Positions 46,986-59,620 of a DNA stretch of 64,000 nucleotides are shown piece after piece. Source of the stretch: the human T2T-CHM13v2.0 reference genome, Homo sapiens. A program made the translations under genes and the position numbers. Every line of letters starts with the position of its first letter. The stretch's first letter is position 1. A model generated the notes under the pieces. It made no database searches and had not been told where the DNA came from. It worked only from the letters and a program-made list of their open reading frames with translations. The DNA lies in assembly GCF_009914755.1 (NCBI RefSeq), contig NC_060938.1; one strand, 5' to 3'.

Positions 46986-47450
46986 ATGGGAAGAGCTGGG
47001 AGTCTCAACAGTGATTCTGTGGCTTCATACAGATGTGAGTTTGGGGATTTCTACAAAGAACCAGGAAGAGTCTGAGGACAGTTTGCCACAGAATCACTCA
47101 ACTATTCCCATTTGGATTTCTTTATGGGGCAGTCCAACAAAAATACAGCTTTTGGAATTTGGTGCTTTGACATAAACTGCTCTATCAGATGAAGTTTCAG
47201 CATAAAGTGGAAAAGAATCTTCATTCTTTCAATGTCCAAAGAGGGAAATATTTTTATTTTGGACATTTATACTATTAATAGTTTTGAATATTTTTACTGA
47301 TAAAGCAGCATTTTGTGAGAAGCCTTGTCTTCCTGATAATTATTAAAAATTATAGAATTGCACCAAACAGTACACATGCACTCATGGCAACAGCATAGCT
47401 AAAGATTTGAATTCAGAGGGCCCATGGATTCTCCCATCCTAGAACTTCAA
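46986..47450 (+). pseudogene. TRAV23/TRAV29-like relic (leader plus eroded V exon, no RSS)
   Basis: Frameshifted leader M..LGVSTVILWLHT|gtgagt at 46986-47034; acceptor tatcAG at 47187-88; with frameshifts reads HKVEKNLHSFNVQ/EGNIFILDIYTINSFEYFY*/KQHFVRSLVFLII. Confidence 0.7.
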
Positions 47451-48400
47451 ATAAAATTAAGCATAGAGTTATAGTAGAAATAATAGGCCTTTGCCGTTAC
47501 TATTGACAGTAGAACACACAACTGGAGAAAATACAGAACCTGGGAGTCTTTTTTTTTTAATCTCATTTGTCTGAGCTGTTGCTTTGCCATTGTGAAGTTC
47601 CAATTCCCTTGGTTTGATGGGTAAGTAGGAAGGACGGGAGGTGATGACTTCTGGTTTGTCTCCTGTGTCAAAGCCAAGGATTGGTGAGCAGCTTCACCTT
47701 TGACTCAGGTTGGTAGCAAGTGAACAATCAAAACATGAATGTATATTTGTAATCAAAGCCATGATTCATAATAAATTGGTTTCAGATAAGCCCCTCAGAT
47801 TTATCACAGATCAATTTCCTAAACTTGGAAATTTTAAATGACTAATCTCCTTTTAAGAATTCCTTCAATATTGTTTCATGCATGTCCTTTACCAGATATA
47901 ATCCTTTGTCATTTGTTAATTAAATTATAAGAAAGGGCAAAACGATGTTTAGGATAGAACCAATTTCCCAGCCTAGGGATTATCATAGCACATTCACACT
48001 TGACCCACCCAGAAACCACATTTCAGAGGCAGCTTCCATACAGAACTGAGGGACCCTGCACCTGTACTGTCAGGGTACAGAGCAGGGCTATTTCAACAGG
48101 AAGGAAATCCTGCCATCATACTGCTTCCCAGTCTACTGTGAGTATTCATGGTCTCCATCTACTTAGGTACAAATAATTGCAAACCAGAGCATGGCTACCT
48201 CTCAGCACTCAGAGGTGAAACGGGACTAAGGAGTAGATGTCTCAAACAATGAGAAACTATTCCCTGCACCACTCAGTGATATGCTATTTTGACCTTTATA
48301 AAAGAACTGGAAATGTTTTAGAGACCTTGTCTGCACTTTCTTTCTTAGCTATCTCTTGGTCCCTTTATATTAATTCGTCCATTAAGTTAGTGAAACTAGA

Positions 48401-48684
48401 GGCTGGGTTCACACATATAATCCCAGCACTTTGGGAAGCCAAGATAAGGTCACTTGAGGCCAGGAGTTTGAGACCAGTCTGGGCAACGTAGAGAGACTCC
48501 ATCTCTACAAAGTAAAATAAAAATTTAGCCAGGCCTGGTAGCTCGCAACTGGAGTCCTAGCCATTTGGGAGGCTGCGGTGACACAATTACTTGAGCCTAG
48601 GAGTTCCAGGCTGCAGTGAGTTCTGATTGTGCCACTGCACTTCAGTCTGGGTGACAAAGAGAGACCCCCAACTCTAAAACAAAA
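48401..48684 (+). mobile_element. Diverged Alu (AluJ-like)
   Basis: Alu structure with J-type features (gaggccaggagtttgagaccag..gggcaac). Confidence 0.8.
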
Positions 48685-49723
48685 ATTTTTCTATTTAAAT
48701 TTTTAAAAAAGACAATGAAATCACATGGAAGATTAACATCTAAATTCCATACAATCACGTAACAGCATACAAAAAATTCAGCCACCAACTTCTGTGGTAT
48801 TGACATGCACAAAGTTCTTGCAACCTTCAGATAACACGTTCTGTGGGAGTATATTATAGCATTGTATCATTTGCATCACAGAGAGATCTTGTATGCTTAT
48901 CATGACAAACAATGTCTTATGCTTATCATTAAAAATTTTTAAAATGCCCAGCCACAGAATGTAACAAGTGAGACTGAATACTTTGGATCAATGGGATAGA
49001 AAATGTGATATCAGGACAATTCTAGGACACATGATCTAAGAAGTATAATTCTACTTGTGAAGGCAACAGGACTGAATATACTGATCCTCCTCAGTCTAGT
49101 AAATAAAACTTAGTGTCAGATTTTGAAATGATTACATTTTATTGCTGTTATAATTTCATAAAGAGATAAAAAACTGAGCAGCTTCTGAAAGTCGAGAAGG
49201 ACTGATTTTTATCATTTGATTTTGAAGTAGCTTTACTTATTATAGAACTTAACTAGGGCCCTAGACCTCAGTAAGGAGGAAGAAAGAGATGCAGTAATTG
49301 TTTAGAATAGGACTGCCTTTCACAGAGAAAGTCAAATATCTGAGTATTTTTCTTTTAAATTTAATTAGTTTCTGATGGCAAAAAGTAAATATATGCTAAA
49401 TGAATAATATCAATGTATGTCAACTGGTTCAACTGCAGTTCCCCTCAATACAAATTGCTTTTCTTATATCCCTTTTCTAGGTTCTGTCTATCCTAATGAC
49501 TAGGGAAAGACAACTAGACAAAGTAAAGATTCAGGGGTGAGCCAGACATTTTTCCTCATCTGTGCATAGCCATGTAGTCTATGAACATGAGACTCAATTT
49601 CCTGTTTGGGGAGATAGCATCAGAACCCAGGAACTACATATACACACCGCAGGGCCCTGGTAGGCACTGAACTTTGAGCTTCAGGCAGCACAACTCACAT
49701 TTGTGCAAAGAGCTACATGCCAC

Positions 49724-50333
<610 letters not shown>

Positions 50334-52308
50334 TAGGGCTCAATAAGAGAACCCCTCTACTCCCCATCCTTTGCTACAGGAGCCAATCTGAAATGCACAC
50401 CTGCAGATCTCAGGCAAGAGAGGGTAGTGACTGTGGTCTGTGGATTTAATCTGTGGTCTGGATCAGATGGTTTAATTCCAAGTAAAACCTCCTTCTATCT
50501 CACTTGGAAACAGGTGTTCAGAGCAACTTTCTTCTAATACTTCAATTTTTACTTAAAATAGATCATACAGAAAATGTGTAAAGTTGTCTAAAGTTGGAAA
50601 GACTTCCACATAATAACTTAAAGTGGCAGTTTCACTTAACGATGCTCACAGCAGAAATCTGGGTCTAGTTATCTTGAATCACCATAAAAATCATTTCCTT
50701 AGCCCTTTCCTCTTAAGCTTTATGTCAGTTAGGATACAATCAGGGAAGCAGAACCATCGTGAAAGATGTAGAATAAGATTAATTATAAGGATTAGACCTC
50801 ATGCAATTGCTGGAACGGGTGGCTCTCGGAAGTTACTTAGTTGTTTATGTTTTTATGAAATTGTAACAGGAATAAAATGTAATCTATTCAAAATCTGACA
50901 CTGAGTTTTATGTACTAGGCTGAAGAGGATCAGGACATTCAGTCCTATTGGCTTCACAAGTAGAATAGTACTTCTTAGATCATGTGTCCTAGAATTCTCC
51001 TGATACCACATTTCTATCCCATTAATCCAAACTATTCAGTCTCACTTGTTAAATTCTGTGGCTGGGCATGTTTTTCATGTGTAAAATAAAGTCGTGATAA
51101 GCATGCCAGATTTCTGTGATACGATGCCATAATCTGCTCTTACTCCTATGCAAAGCTGTTTGCTGAATTTACTCTAGGTCAGCTAGACTCACATTTGGGA
51201 AGGAGAGTTGAACATGGACAAGAGCATGCAAAAGCTGTGATTTGTAAAGACATTTTGGAACCCATGGTGACAGGTGGAACCCACGAGGACAAACTAAAAC
51301 TTGTCTGTCTCTTACCTCCTTCAATCTCATAGTGTTGGTGACCTTCAGAAGAAATGGTGTTATTTGCTATCATGCTCCCTGGGTACTTGGCCCAAGAAAA
51401 AGAGAAGCTGAAAGAGGAGATCTGGGGGGAGTGGGGGAGTTGTGAATCAACAATAAGATGAGTTAGCAGATCAGAGCAACATATGTGAGTTGCCACAGTG
51501 CCTGGAGCCTGGCACCTGCCTTACACAATTTTTTTCAACTTAATCGAGAACAATATAGGGAAGGATTTTCTTAGAAATATATTTCCAGGTAGTTACGACG
51601 AGACAGTACAAAGTTACCACAATACCCCCACCTTGTAAACTTGACATCCATATGCACCTCTTTTAATAGCACTTAGCTTTCAAATAAAGGCAATTTTAAA
51701 AAGCATACTTCCTGCCAATATGATGCCACTGTTCTTCATTCAACCACACATACCCTAACCCTCTCCCCTAAAGAGAATACAAAGTATTTATTCATCTTTG
51801 GGTGATGTTCTTTCCTCTTCTAGCTGAGTCACACTCTCCCATTGATATCCTGTAGTTTAGCTTCTGAGATATAACAAGCTATAAGAGTAACTTATTAACA
51901 TATCTTTCACTATTATGTATAGGCAAATGGGAGGAGAGTAAAAAATGGTTGACATGTATTTTAATATTTTCATATCACAATGAAAAAGAAATGTTTATAA
52001 CAGTATAGTCTTTTTTTCCACAAATGGTCACATGATTGTAGCTGGTTTCTATAACTACCTCTTCCATTACCCATTTCATAATCTGTTTTCAGCAAGCACC
52101 TCAACTCACTGGTACACTTGACTTTCTATAAAACAAGCTCCTTGGTCAGGAGCAATGTTATACAGAATGCCATAAAGTTGAGTAAGGAATTCTCTAAGCC
52201 CACCACTGTGGTTTTGCCAGAAGCACTGCAGATGTGGAAGGAAAGTCCATATTCAGAATGTCTAAGTGGACTAAAACAAAGCAAAACTTGCCAGCAGCCA
52301 GAGAAAGT

Positions 52309-52398
52309 TGATATATCATGATATATCATGATATATCATGATATATCATGATATATCATGATATATCATGATATATCATGATATATCATGATATATCA
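52309..52398. repeat. (TGATATATCA)9 perfect palindromic minisatellite
   Basis: Nine identical self-complementary decamers. Confidence 0.97.
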
Positions 52399-52946
52399 TG
52401 TCTTTAAGAATGATTGCTGAATTCTCATCAAAATCAACAGAAGCCAAAGAGGAAAAAGTATTTTTAGAGTACTTACAAAACAAACAAACAAACAAACAAA
52501 CAAAAAAACTCTCTAGCTAGCTTCCTATGAACATGAAAGTCTAATTTTAAACCCTTTGTCAAAAATCATTGTTAAAAAGGTGGAAAGTCAGTGCACAGAT
52601 TGGGAAATTATATTTGCATTGGTGTATTTCTGAAAAAGATTCAAATGCAGAATATATAAAAAACTTGTACAAGTCAACAAGCAATGAGAAAACAATACAA
52701 ATGGCCAAAACTTGAAGAGACACTTCAGAAATATGATATCTAATAGTAATAAGCATACACAAAAAGCACTTAATATAATTACTCATTAGGAAAATGAAAA
52801 TGAAACCCCATTGAGTGATCCCCCTGTGCCCTTTCAGCACCCCAGTTGTATTAATGTAGCCAGGAGGAAATGACCACAAGAGGATAATGAAAAATAGTGA
52901 CTACTTCCAGGGGAAGGGATGGCCAAGTAGGTTTTCTAGAAACTTC

Positions 52947-53346
52947 TGTTAAATTAAGTTTAGCCTAAAGCTGCCTCCTTATTTATTTAAAACTCAGGGC
53001 AAAGGTTTCTCCATACATAGGGCCCTGTAACCTAACAGGATGCATAAACAGGCTACAGTCTGCTCTCTACCAATCCCTAAGTTTCGGCCATAGGTGGCCA
53101 ACTGTTCAAACATGTTCAAATAAGGCAAATGCCAAGCTTTAACCAATCCATCTGTTTCTGTACCTTACTTCCTTTTTCTATAAGTCACTTTACTTTCTCT
53201 GTCCATAAATATTCTTTGACCATGTGGCAGTGACAGAGTCTCTCTGAACCTGTTCTGGTCTGGTGGGGAGCTGCCTGAATCTCTAATCGTTCTTTGCTTA
53301 ATTAAACTCTGTAAAATTTAATTCGTCTAAAGTTTTTCTTTTAACA
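52947..53346 (+). mobile_element. ERV1 solo LTR (MER57-like)
   Basis: tgttaaattaagtttagcctaaagctgcctcctta...gtttttcttttaaca; TG..CA termini, 400 bp. Confidence 0.7.
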
Positions 53347-54102
53347 TGTCCATCATTGAACCATGTTCAGTGGAAGAAGAAAAAGCAGTAACAGGCTAAA
53401 GACCGGAACACTGAAGGAAAGCAGGTTTTACTAGGAAAAAAGAAAGTTGGTATTCATTGGCCATACTATATGTCAGGCACTATTTATACATTTCAAATTC
53501 ATTACCTAATTTAAGCATCATACACCCTACGAGATAGGTTTTAGTCTTCCAATTTTTTATATTTGGGAAATGAGACACAGCTTTCCCTAACTTTGAAAAG
53601 CATCTCTAACTAAAGTCAGCCAGGGTGTAACATCTTAGAGGGCTCCTAAAAAATCAAAGTTTGGACTATGGAGAAGCAAATAGCCACAAAGCAGCAGCAT
53701 TGGCTTTCTCAGTGAGGATGACAAGATGACAAACCTAGGCACAAATTGCCTCAGGATCAACAGATGGAGGAAATCACCGACTAAGTATTTAAGAGTGCTG
53801 AATGTATCAGTGAGTCTCTTCTACAGTAGTGTGCTATGAAGCACAAGAGGCTAGAGGGAAAGATGAGATACTATTCCTTAAACACTCCAAGCGGGCTTCC
53901 ATATCAAGGCCTTTGCCCACTCTGCCTGCAATGCTATACCCCCACAAAACCTCATGGTGTAGCTCTGAACTCCTCTACGTCTTTACGCAAAAGTCACCAC
54001 TTTGTGAAGCCTTTATCGAAATCTTTCTATTGTATATTCCTTCTTTGAGAATCAGGCTCTAGCGTATTCCACGTGTTGAGAACTAAAGCACCAAGTTCTG
54101 AA

Positions 54103-54174
54103 GCACTGCCACCTGGTGTCCCGCTGAACTATTTGGTGAGGTTTACGCTGGCTTCCCTGCTGCCCTCCAGTGTT
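54103..54174 (-). promoter_or_regulatory. Two candidate CTCF motifs (reverse orientation)
   Basis: Minus strand GGACACCAGGTGGCAGTGC (54103-21) and AACACTGGAGGGCAGCA (54158-74). Motif only. Confidence 0.55.
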
Positions 54175-54297
54175 CACGGGCTAAGCTGTGATGAAGCCTG
54201 GTTGCAATAGGAGCTAGCATTTCTGAACCAGTCGGTAACCTTCCCATGGTAGTAATCATGTGAGACAGGATTCAGCAGGACTGGCTGAGACTTTTTT

Positions 54298-54687
54298 TTT
54301 TCTTTGAAGGAAGCAATTTTTATCCCTTACGCAGCTTGTCCCTGCTACTGTGTCTTGTCTCCATTGCCTGGATCCAGACCTCACAAGTTATTTATGTATT
54401 TATGTATTTATTTATTTATTTATTTATTCCAAGGCAGAAGAATTTTTCTTAGTACAGAACAAAATGGAGTCTCCTATGTCTACTTCTTTCTACACAGACA
54501 CAGTAACAATCTGTTCTCTCTTTCTTTTCCCCACATTTCCCCCTTTTCTTTTCTACAAAACCGCCATCGTCATCACTGCCCGTTCTCGATGGTCGCTGTC
54601 TCTTCGGAGCTGTTGGGTACACCTCCCAGACGGGGCGGCCGGGCAGAGGCACTCACTTCCTAGACGGGGCGGCCGGGCAGAGGCGCT
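54298..54687 (-). mobile_element. Truncated SVA (2 VNTR units plus partial SINE-R) with 3' transduction
   Basis: VNTR agacggggcggccgggcagaggc x2 and SINE-R at 54429-54687; (TAAA)n tail 54388-428; extra 86 nt and a second A-tail; 17-bp TSD ctggctg(a/g)gactttttt at 54281-97 and 54686-702. Confidence 0.85.
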
Positions 54688-55254
54688 GGCTGGGACTTTT
54701 TTAAATTTCATTTTTAAAATATTTTTCCCTTAATATGTGAGGTTGATTGATTTCAAAATGGCAAATATAATATATGGGATGGTTTAAGCTAATAGAATAC
54801 CTTGGAAACAAAGGTTGGCATTATTGCACAAGGTGGGAAGTTTTTCTCTATTAAGTGAGAGTTCATCTACTGCTCTGTCCCTTACTGTAGTATAGAAATA
54901 TCCTAAGAAGTGAGAACAAGAGTCAATGATGGAGAGAAATAAGCCATTGTAGGGAACACAGTGCAGCATACTCTCTCCATGTTATCATATGCTGCCCAAC
55001 CTCCCAATATAGCATCATAACGCCACTGATTTCCCACTAACAGTAAGAAACATGATAGAACATGGATATGTATTATAGTACATAAAATATGCTATGCAAA
55101 TTGCAAAATGCCCCTCGGAAAAATACTGAATTTTATCTTGTGGATAGACTGCACTGCAATTTCAGATACAGTCTCCCAACCCCCCAATATTTTCTATATT
55201 GAATGCATCTGGTTGAGTGCCTAAGATACAGAAGTTATTGTATTAGATGATTTA

Positions 55255-55315
55255 TTCGGTTGGTGTAAAAGTAATTTCTGCTTTTTCCATTACTTATAAT
55301 GTAATGGCATAACCA
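55255..55315. mobile_element. MADE1 (Hsmar1-derived MITE) fragment
   Basis: ttcggttggtgtaaaagtaatt...ccattactt..aatg resembles the Hsmar1 TIR. Confidence 0.55.
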
Positions 55316-56823
55316 TTATATAGGCTTGGATTGCATTTCTGGACCTACCACTCATTGGTTGAATTATCTTGAGCAAATTACTTAATAACTTTTATGCTTC
55401 AGTCTCCTTATCCCTACAATGTGGATATTGATAGTACTTACTACAAAGGGTTATTTTGAGAAATAAACAAAATGACAAATGCCAATGCTTAGCCCAGTAC
55501 CAACAAAAAGCTACTGGTTACTTACAGAAAAGGAAATTGAATATGAGAGAGATTAAATGTCTTGCCTAGCATCACAAAGTGTCAGAGTTGAGCCTTCCCT
55601 CCATGCCTTATGTAGAGCAGATACCTTTTCTCACCCCAAGAGTAACTCTCTATCTCATTACAGTGCTATATTGTCTTTATAGAGCTTATCACCGTATAGA
55701 ATTATCTTATTTTGTAAAAACTCATTTATTTAACTTCTTCTCATTGCACTCTAGTCCCTTTTCTATCTCTTCACCACCATGTTCTCCATGCCTGGAACAA
55801 TGCCTAGCACACAGGAGACACAAACAATACATGTTTGTTGAATGAATGCACAAAAGGTAAAATTATGTCCAGAGTCCTTGCAATTCAAATATTAATATAA
55901 CAGTTTAAGCTGGATTAATCTTTGTGTTATTTATCCAGAATTGTCAAGATTTATATCCTGTAAGTTTCTTAACGTAATATTTAAATATGTAAAGGCTAAA
56001 TAGTTGAATACTAGCTTTGGTTTATCTACATTGGTTTATTTTTGCACTTTGGGGGAATTAATAAATAATCTTACTAAAAATTTTATCTATAAATCCCTCA
56101 CTTTACTCACTGTGGATATGAGGTAGAAAAAATTCTGAGGCATTTTTCTCTGTAGTGCATGCATCTTATCTTTTATGTTGCAAAAGTTTTTCAGAGGACT
56201 CATGTATATGTATATATTTTTATGTTTTAAAAAATTCTGTGTGCACACATACACACACACACACACAGACACACACACTCCTTGCATAAGAGTTGATATA
56301 CAGGCCCACTGTTTGCTCAAAACAGAGAAAGCAAATTGACCTTGTTTCCCTTCACTATCAGGGTGGGTACATTTAGAATCCTCCCTGATATATTAGGCTG
56401 TTAAGAATGATAAAGATTGATATTACTAGTTGAGTTGTCCTGTGGCCAAAGTGGGGAGGAAGGAAACTAGGATCATGCACTCTTCCAGAAAGAGAATCTC
56501 GTAAGGCTGTATTTAGTTGCCAACAGGCTTGGCCTTTACTTCAGGTCAAATGTGTGGCTATACCTTGCAGGATTCTGTCCTACTATTATAGATAGAGGAA
56601 TTCTCCCTGCTGTTAGAGGTATATCTTCTTGATCTGGACACTGCTCCTTCAACATGTGGGTGAATTTATCAGTGGATCGGTGTTCTCACCAGAAATGAGC
56701 TCCACAGCATGTAGGCTTTCTGAGTGATTGTGGCCATGACTTCACTCTCCTATGATAAAGTTACCTGAATGCTATGATCTTCTCCATGCATCTGGAGAAG
56801 AAACTACAGAAAAGAAACTACTA

Positions 56824-57254
56824 CAGCAAAGACTTGGAACCAAGCCAAATGCCCATCAGTGATAGACTGGATTAAGAAAATGTGGCACATATACACCATG
56901 GAATACTATGCAATCATAAGCAGGATGAGTTTATGTCCTTGGCAGGGACATGAATGAAGCTGGAAACCATCATTCTCAGCAAGCTATCACAAGACCAGAA
57001 AACCAAATACTGCATGTTCTCACTCATAAGTGGGAGTTGAACAATGAGAACACATGGACACAGGGAGGGGAATATCGCACACCAGGGTCTGTCAGGGGAT
57101 GGGGGACTAGGGGAGGGATAACATTAGCAGAAATACCTAACGTAGGTGACAGGTCGATGGGTGCAGCAAACCACCAGGGCATGTGTATACCTATGTAACA
57201 AAGCTGCACGTTCTGAACATGTACCCCAGGACTTAAAGTATGATTTAAAAAAAA
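56824..57254 (+). mobile_element. L1PA 3' end
   Basis: agcaaagacttggaaccaa...acttaaagtat followed by an A-tail. Confidence 0.88.
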
Positions 57255-57864
57255 GAATGGCTTGTTTGTCTAGCAGCCATCCCTAACCCTAGTCCTCATG
57301 CTTCTGAACTAGGAGTCATTATTGAGGCTTCCAGGATTTCCTTTACTACCCATACATTTATCTCCTTTTCTGGGAAGGAAAGCTAGAAGTTAACCATTGA
57401 GATACTTTCTAATCCTGTTCTAATTTTTTAGAACGTGATTTAAATGTATGTGGAAAGTGCTGTCCCCTGATTTTAGTACATACCCCATGCTGTTTCCTTT
57501 GCTTACTTCAGTTGTTCACTGGAAAGGTTTTAAAGGCACTTCATACACTAAATACCTAGAGGTTAAATTTATATTCTGAAAAAAATTAATGCTATCTTAT
57601 ATTATTAAATTTCCCTTGGATATATCTTATTTCTCCAATTATATTTTGGGCTCACAGGGAATAGGGAATGTTGCTTTGTAATCTTTTTTTCTTTCTTTTC
57701 CTCTCCCCTAGATGAGGCTGTAGCTTTGTAATTTTTAATTCCTCAGAGCTCCTAGGGAAATTCAAAGCACAAAAATTACTGTTTAAAAAATACATGCATA
57801 TTGAATCAAACTAACGTTATATCTGGACTGTGACAGAAGCAAGACAGCATAATTCTTATTTACT

Positions 57865-58360
57865 TTTAAACAACTTTATTGGAGTATGTTTACGTTCCAT
57901 AAATTCATCCATTTTAAATGTATGGTTCAGTGATTTTTAATTAATAACTGATTTATGAAGCTATTACCATAATCTATTTGTAAATCCTTTTCAACACTCT
58001 AGAAAGATCCTTCATGCCAAACTTATAGTTAATCTCTAACCCAACCCTGGCCCCAGGCAACCGGCTTACATCTTTATAGATCTTCCTTTTCTGAACATTT
58101 CATATAAATGGAATCACTCAATATGTAATCTTTTGTGGCTGGATTCTTTTTCTTAAAATAGTATTTTTGAGGCTCATCTGTGTTGTAGCATATATTATGT
58201 TTTATTTTATTTATTTCATTTTTGCTTATTTATTTTATTTTATTTATTATTTATTTATTTTTGTTGCCGAATATCATTCACATCTTGTATGAACATACTG
58301 CATTTTGTTTATTCATTCACCAGCTGATGGACATTTGGGTTGTTCTCATTTTTTTAGCCT
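57865..58360 (-). mobile_element. Old L1M 3' end
   Basis: ccccaggcaacc...tttcatataaatggaatca...tgatggacatttgggttgt; boundaries approximate. Confidence 0.65.
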
Positions 58361-59076
58361 TAATAAAGAATATCCACAAATTAGACTTCCATTATTTTTA
58401 GAACATATCTAACATGTAAAACATTCATGGTGCATCACAAATGTAGGTGGCATATCAGATTCCAATTATAAAGTCTAGAGCTAGACAGATATATGTTCTA
58501 ATTCTTAATATGCCACTTAGGTAATTGACCTTGAGTGAATTATTTAATCTCCTTGAGCTTTGGGTTATTTTTTGTTTGTAAATTAGAAACAGTAATGTCT
58601 CTATTGCATGACTTTCTTATTAGATAGATGTACATAAAGAAAAAGGTAATTTAGATGTGTGCACATTTATAATTTGAGGGGGATTCAAAAGTTGTTTTTT
58701 AATGTTTGAAGATTCAAAGAAAAATGCTTTTCCTGCCACAAATGCCATCCCACCTGTAACTCCCTCTAAATTTGAATAATAGCAGTCCACAGTTAGGCAG
58801 CGCACTTCTGAAAGGGTGTCAATTCTCGTTGTGTTCCACACTCATGGGGGATTTCCTCAAAGTTTATGAAGTTGGCCTGAAGAAAGCAGTTACTTCGACC
58901 CCTCTTTGTGAACCACAGGAAACTGAACATAGGGCAGAGCGTTTCTAGGACATTTATGGGAGCTGGTCTCTGATTGGCTAGGCAACCAGATGCAGAATCC
59001 TGTTTTCTGAAGCAGAATATTTCCACAGATTTTGGCTGCAAAACGTTTTTCTGCTGTGGGTACGTGAGCAGGAAAC

Positions 59077-59581
59077 ATGGAGAAGAATCCTTTGGCAGCC
59101 CCATTACTAATCCTCTGGTTTCATCTTGACTGTAAGTCCAGGGGTTACAGGAGACATTCTTAGTCTGGGGTGATGATGAGGAAGGAGGAGGATGCAGTCA
59201 GACACTCTAGGTTTTATTTGGGGATGTGTGAAGAAAATGCCAACTCTGTAGAGAGACCAATTTCTATGTCTGACTCTTTTTAAAAAAAAACAGGCGTGAG
59301 CAGCATACTGAACGTGGAACAAAGTCCTCAGTCACTGCATGTTCAGGAGGGAGACAGCACCAATTTCACCTGCAGCTTCCCTTCCAGCAATTTTTATGCC
59401 TTACACTGGTACAGATGGGAAACTGCAAAAAGCCCCGAGGCCTTGTTTGTAATGACTTTAAATGGGGATGAAAAGAAGAAAGGACGAATAAGTGCCACTC
59501 TTAATACCAAGGAGGGTTACAGCTATTTGTACATCAAAGGATCCCAGCCTGAAGACTCAGCCACATACCTCTGTGCCTTTA
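59077..59581 (+). CDS. TRAV24: T cell receptor alpha variable 24 (exon 1 59077-59131, exon 2 59294-59581)
   Basis: Leader MEKNPLAAPLLILWFHLD|C; V region ILNVEQSPQSLHVQEGDSTNFTC...SSNFYA...MTLNGDE...YLCAF. Confidence 0.98.
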
Positions 59582-59620
59582 CACAGTGCTGTTCAGGCAC
59601 CTGCAGCCCATACGCAAACC
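59582..59620 (+). other. 23-RSS of TRAV24
   Basis: CACAGTG, 23-nt spacer, ACGCAAACC. Confidence 0.97.

Noticed and set aside
52309-52398. Regular repeat as a CRISPR-like array
   Set aside because: No spacers; it is a eukaryotic minisatellite.
56560-56750. Acceptor-like ttgcag and LSD..AM.F-like words suggesting a V relic
   Set aside because: Too short and too degenerate; no framework residues or RSS.
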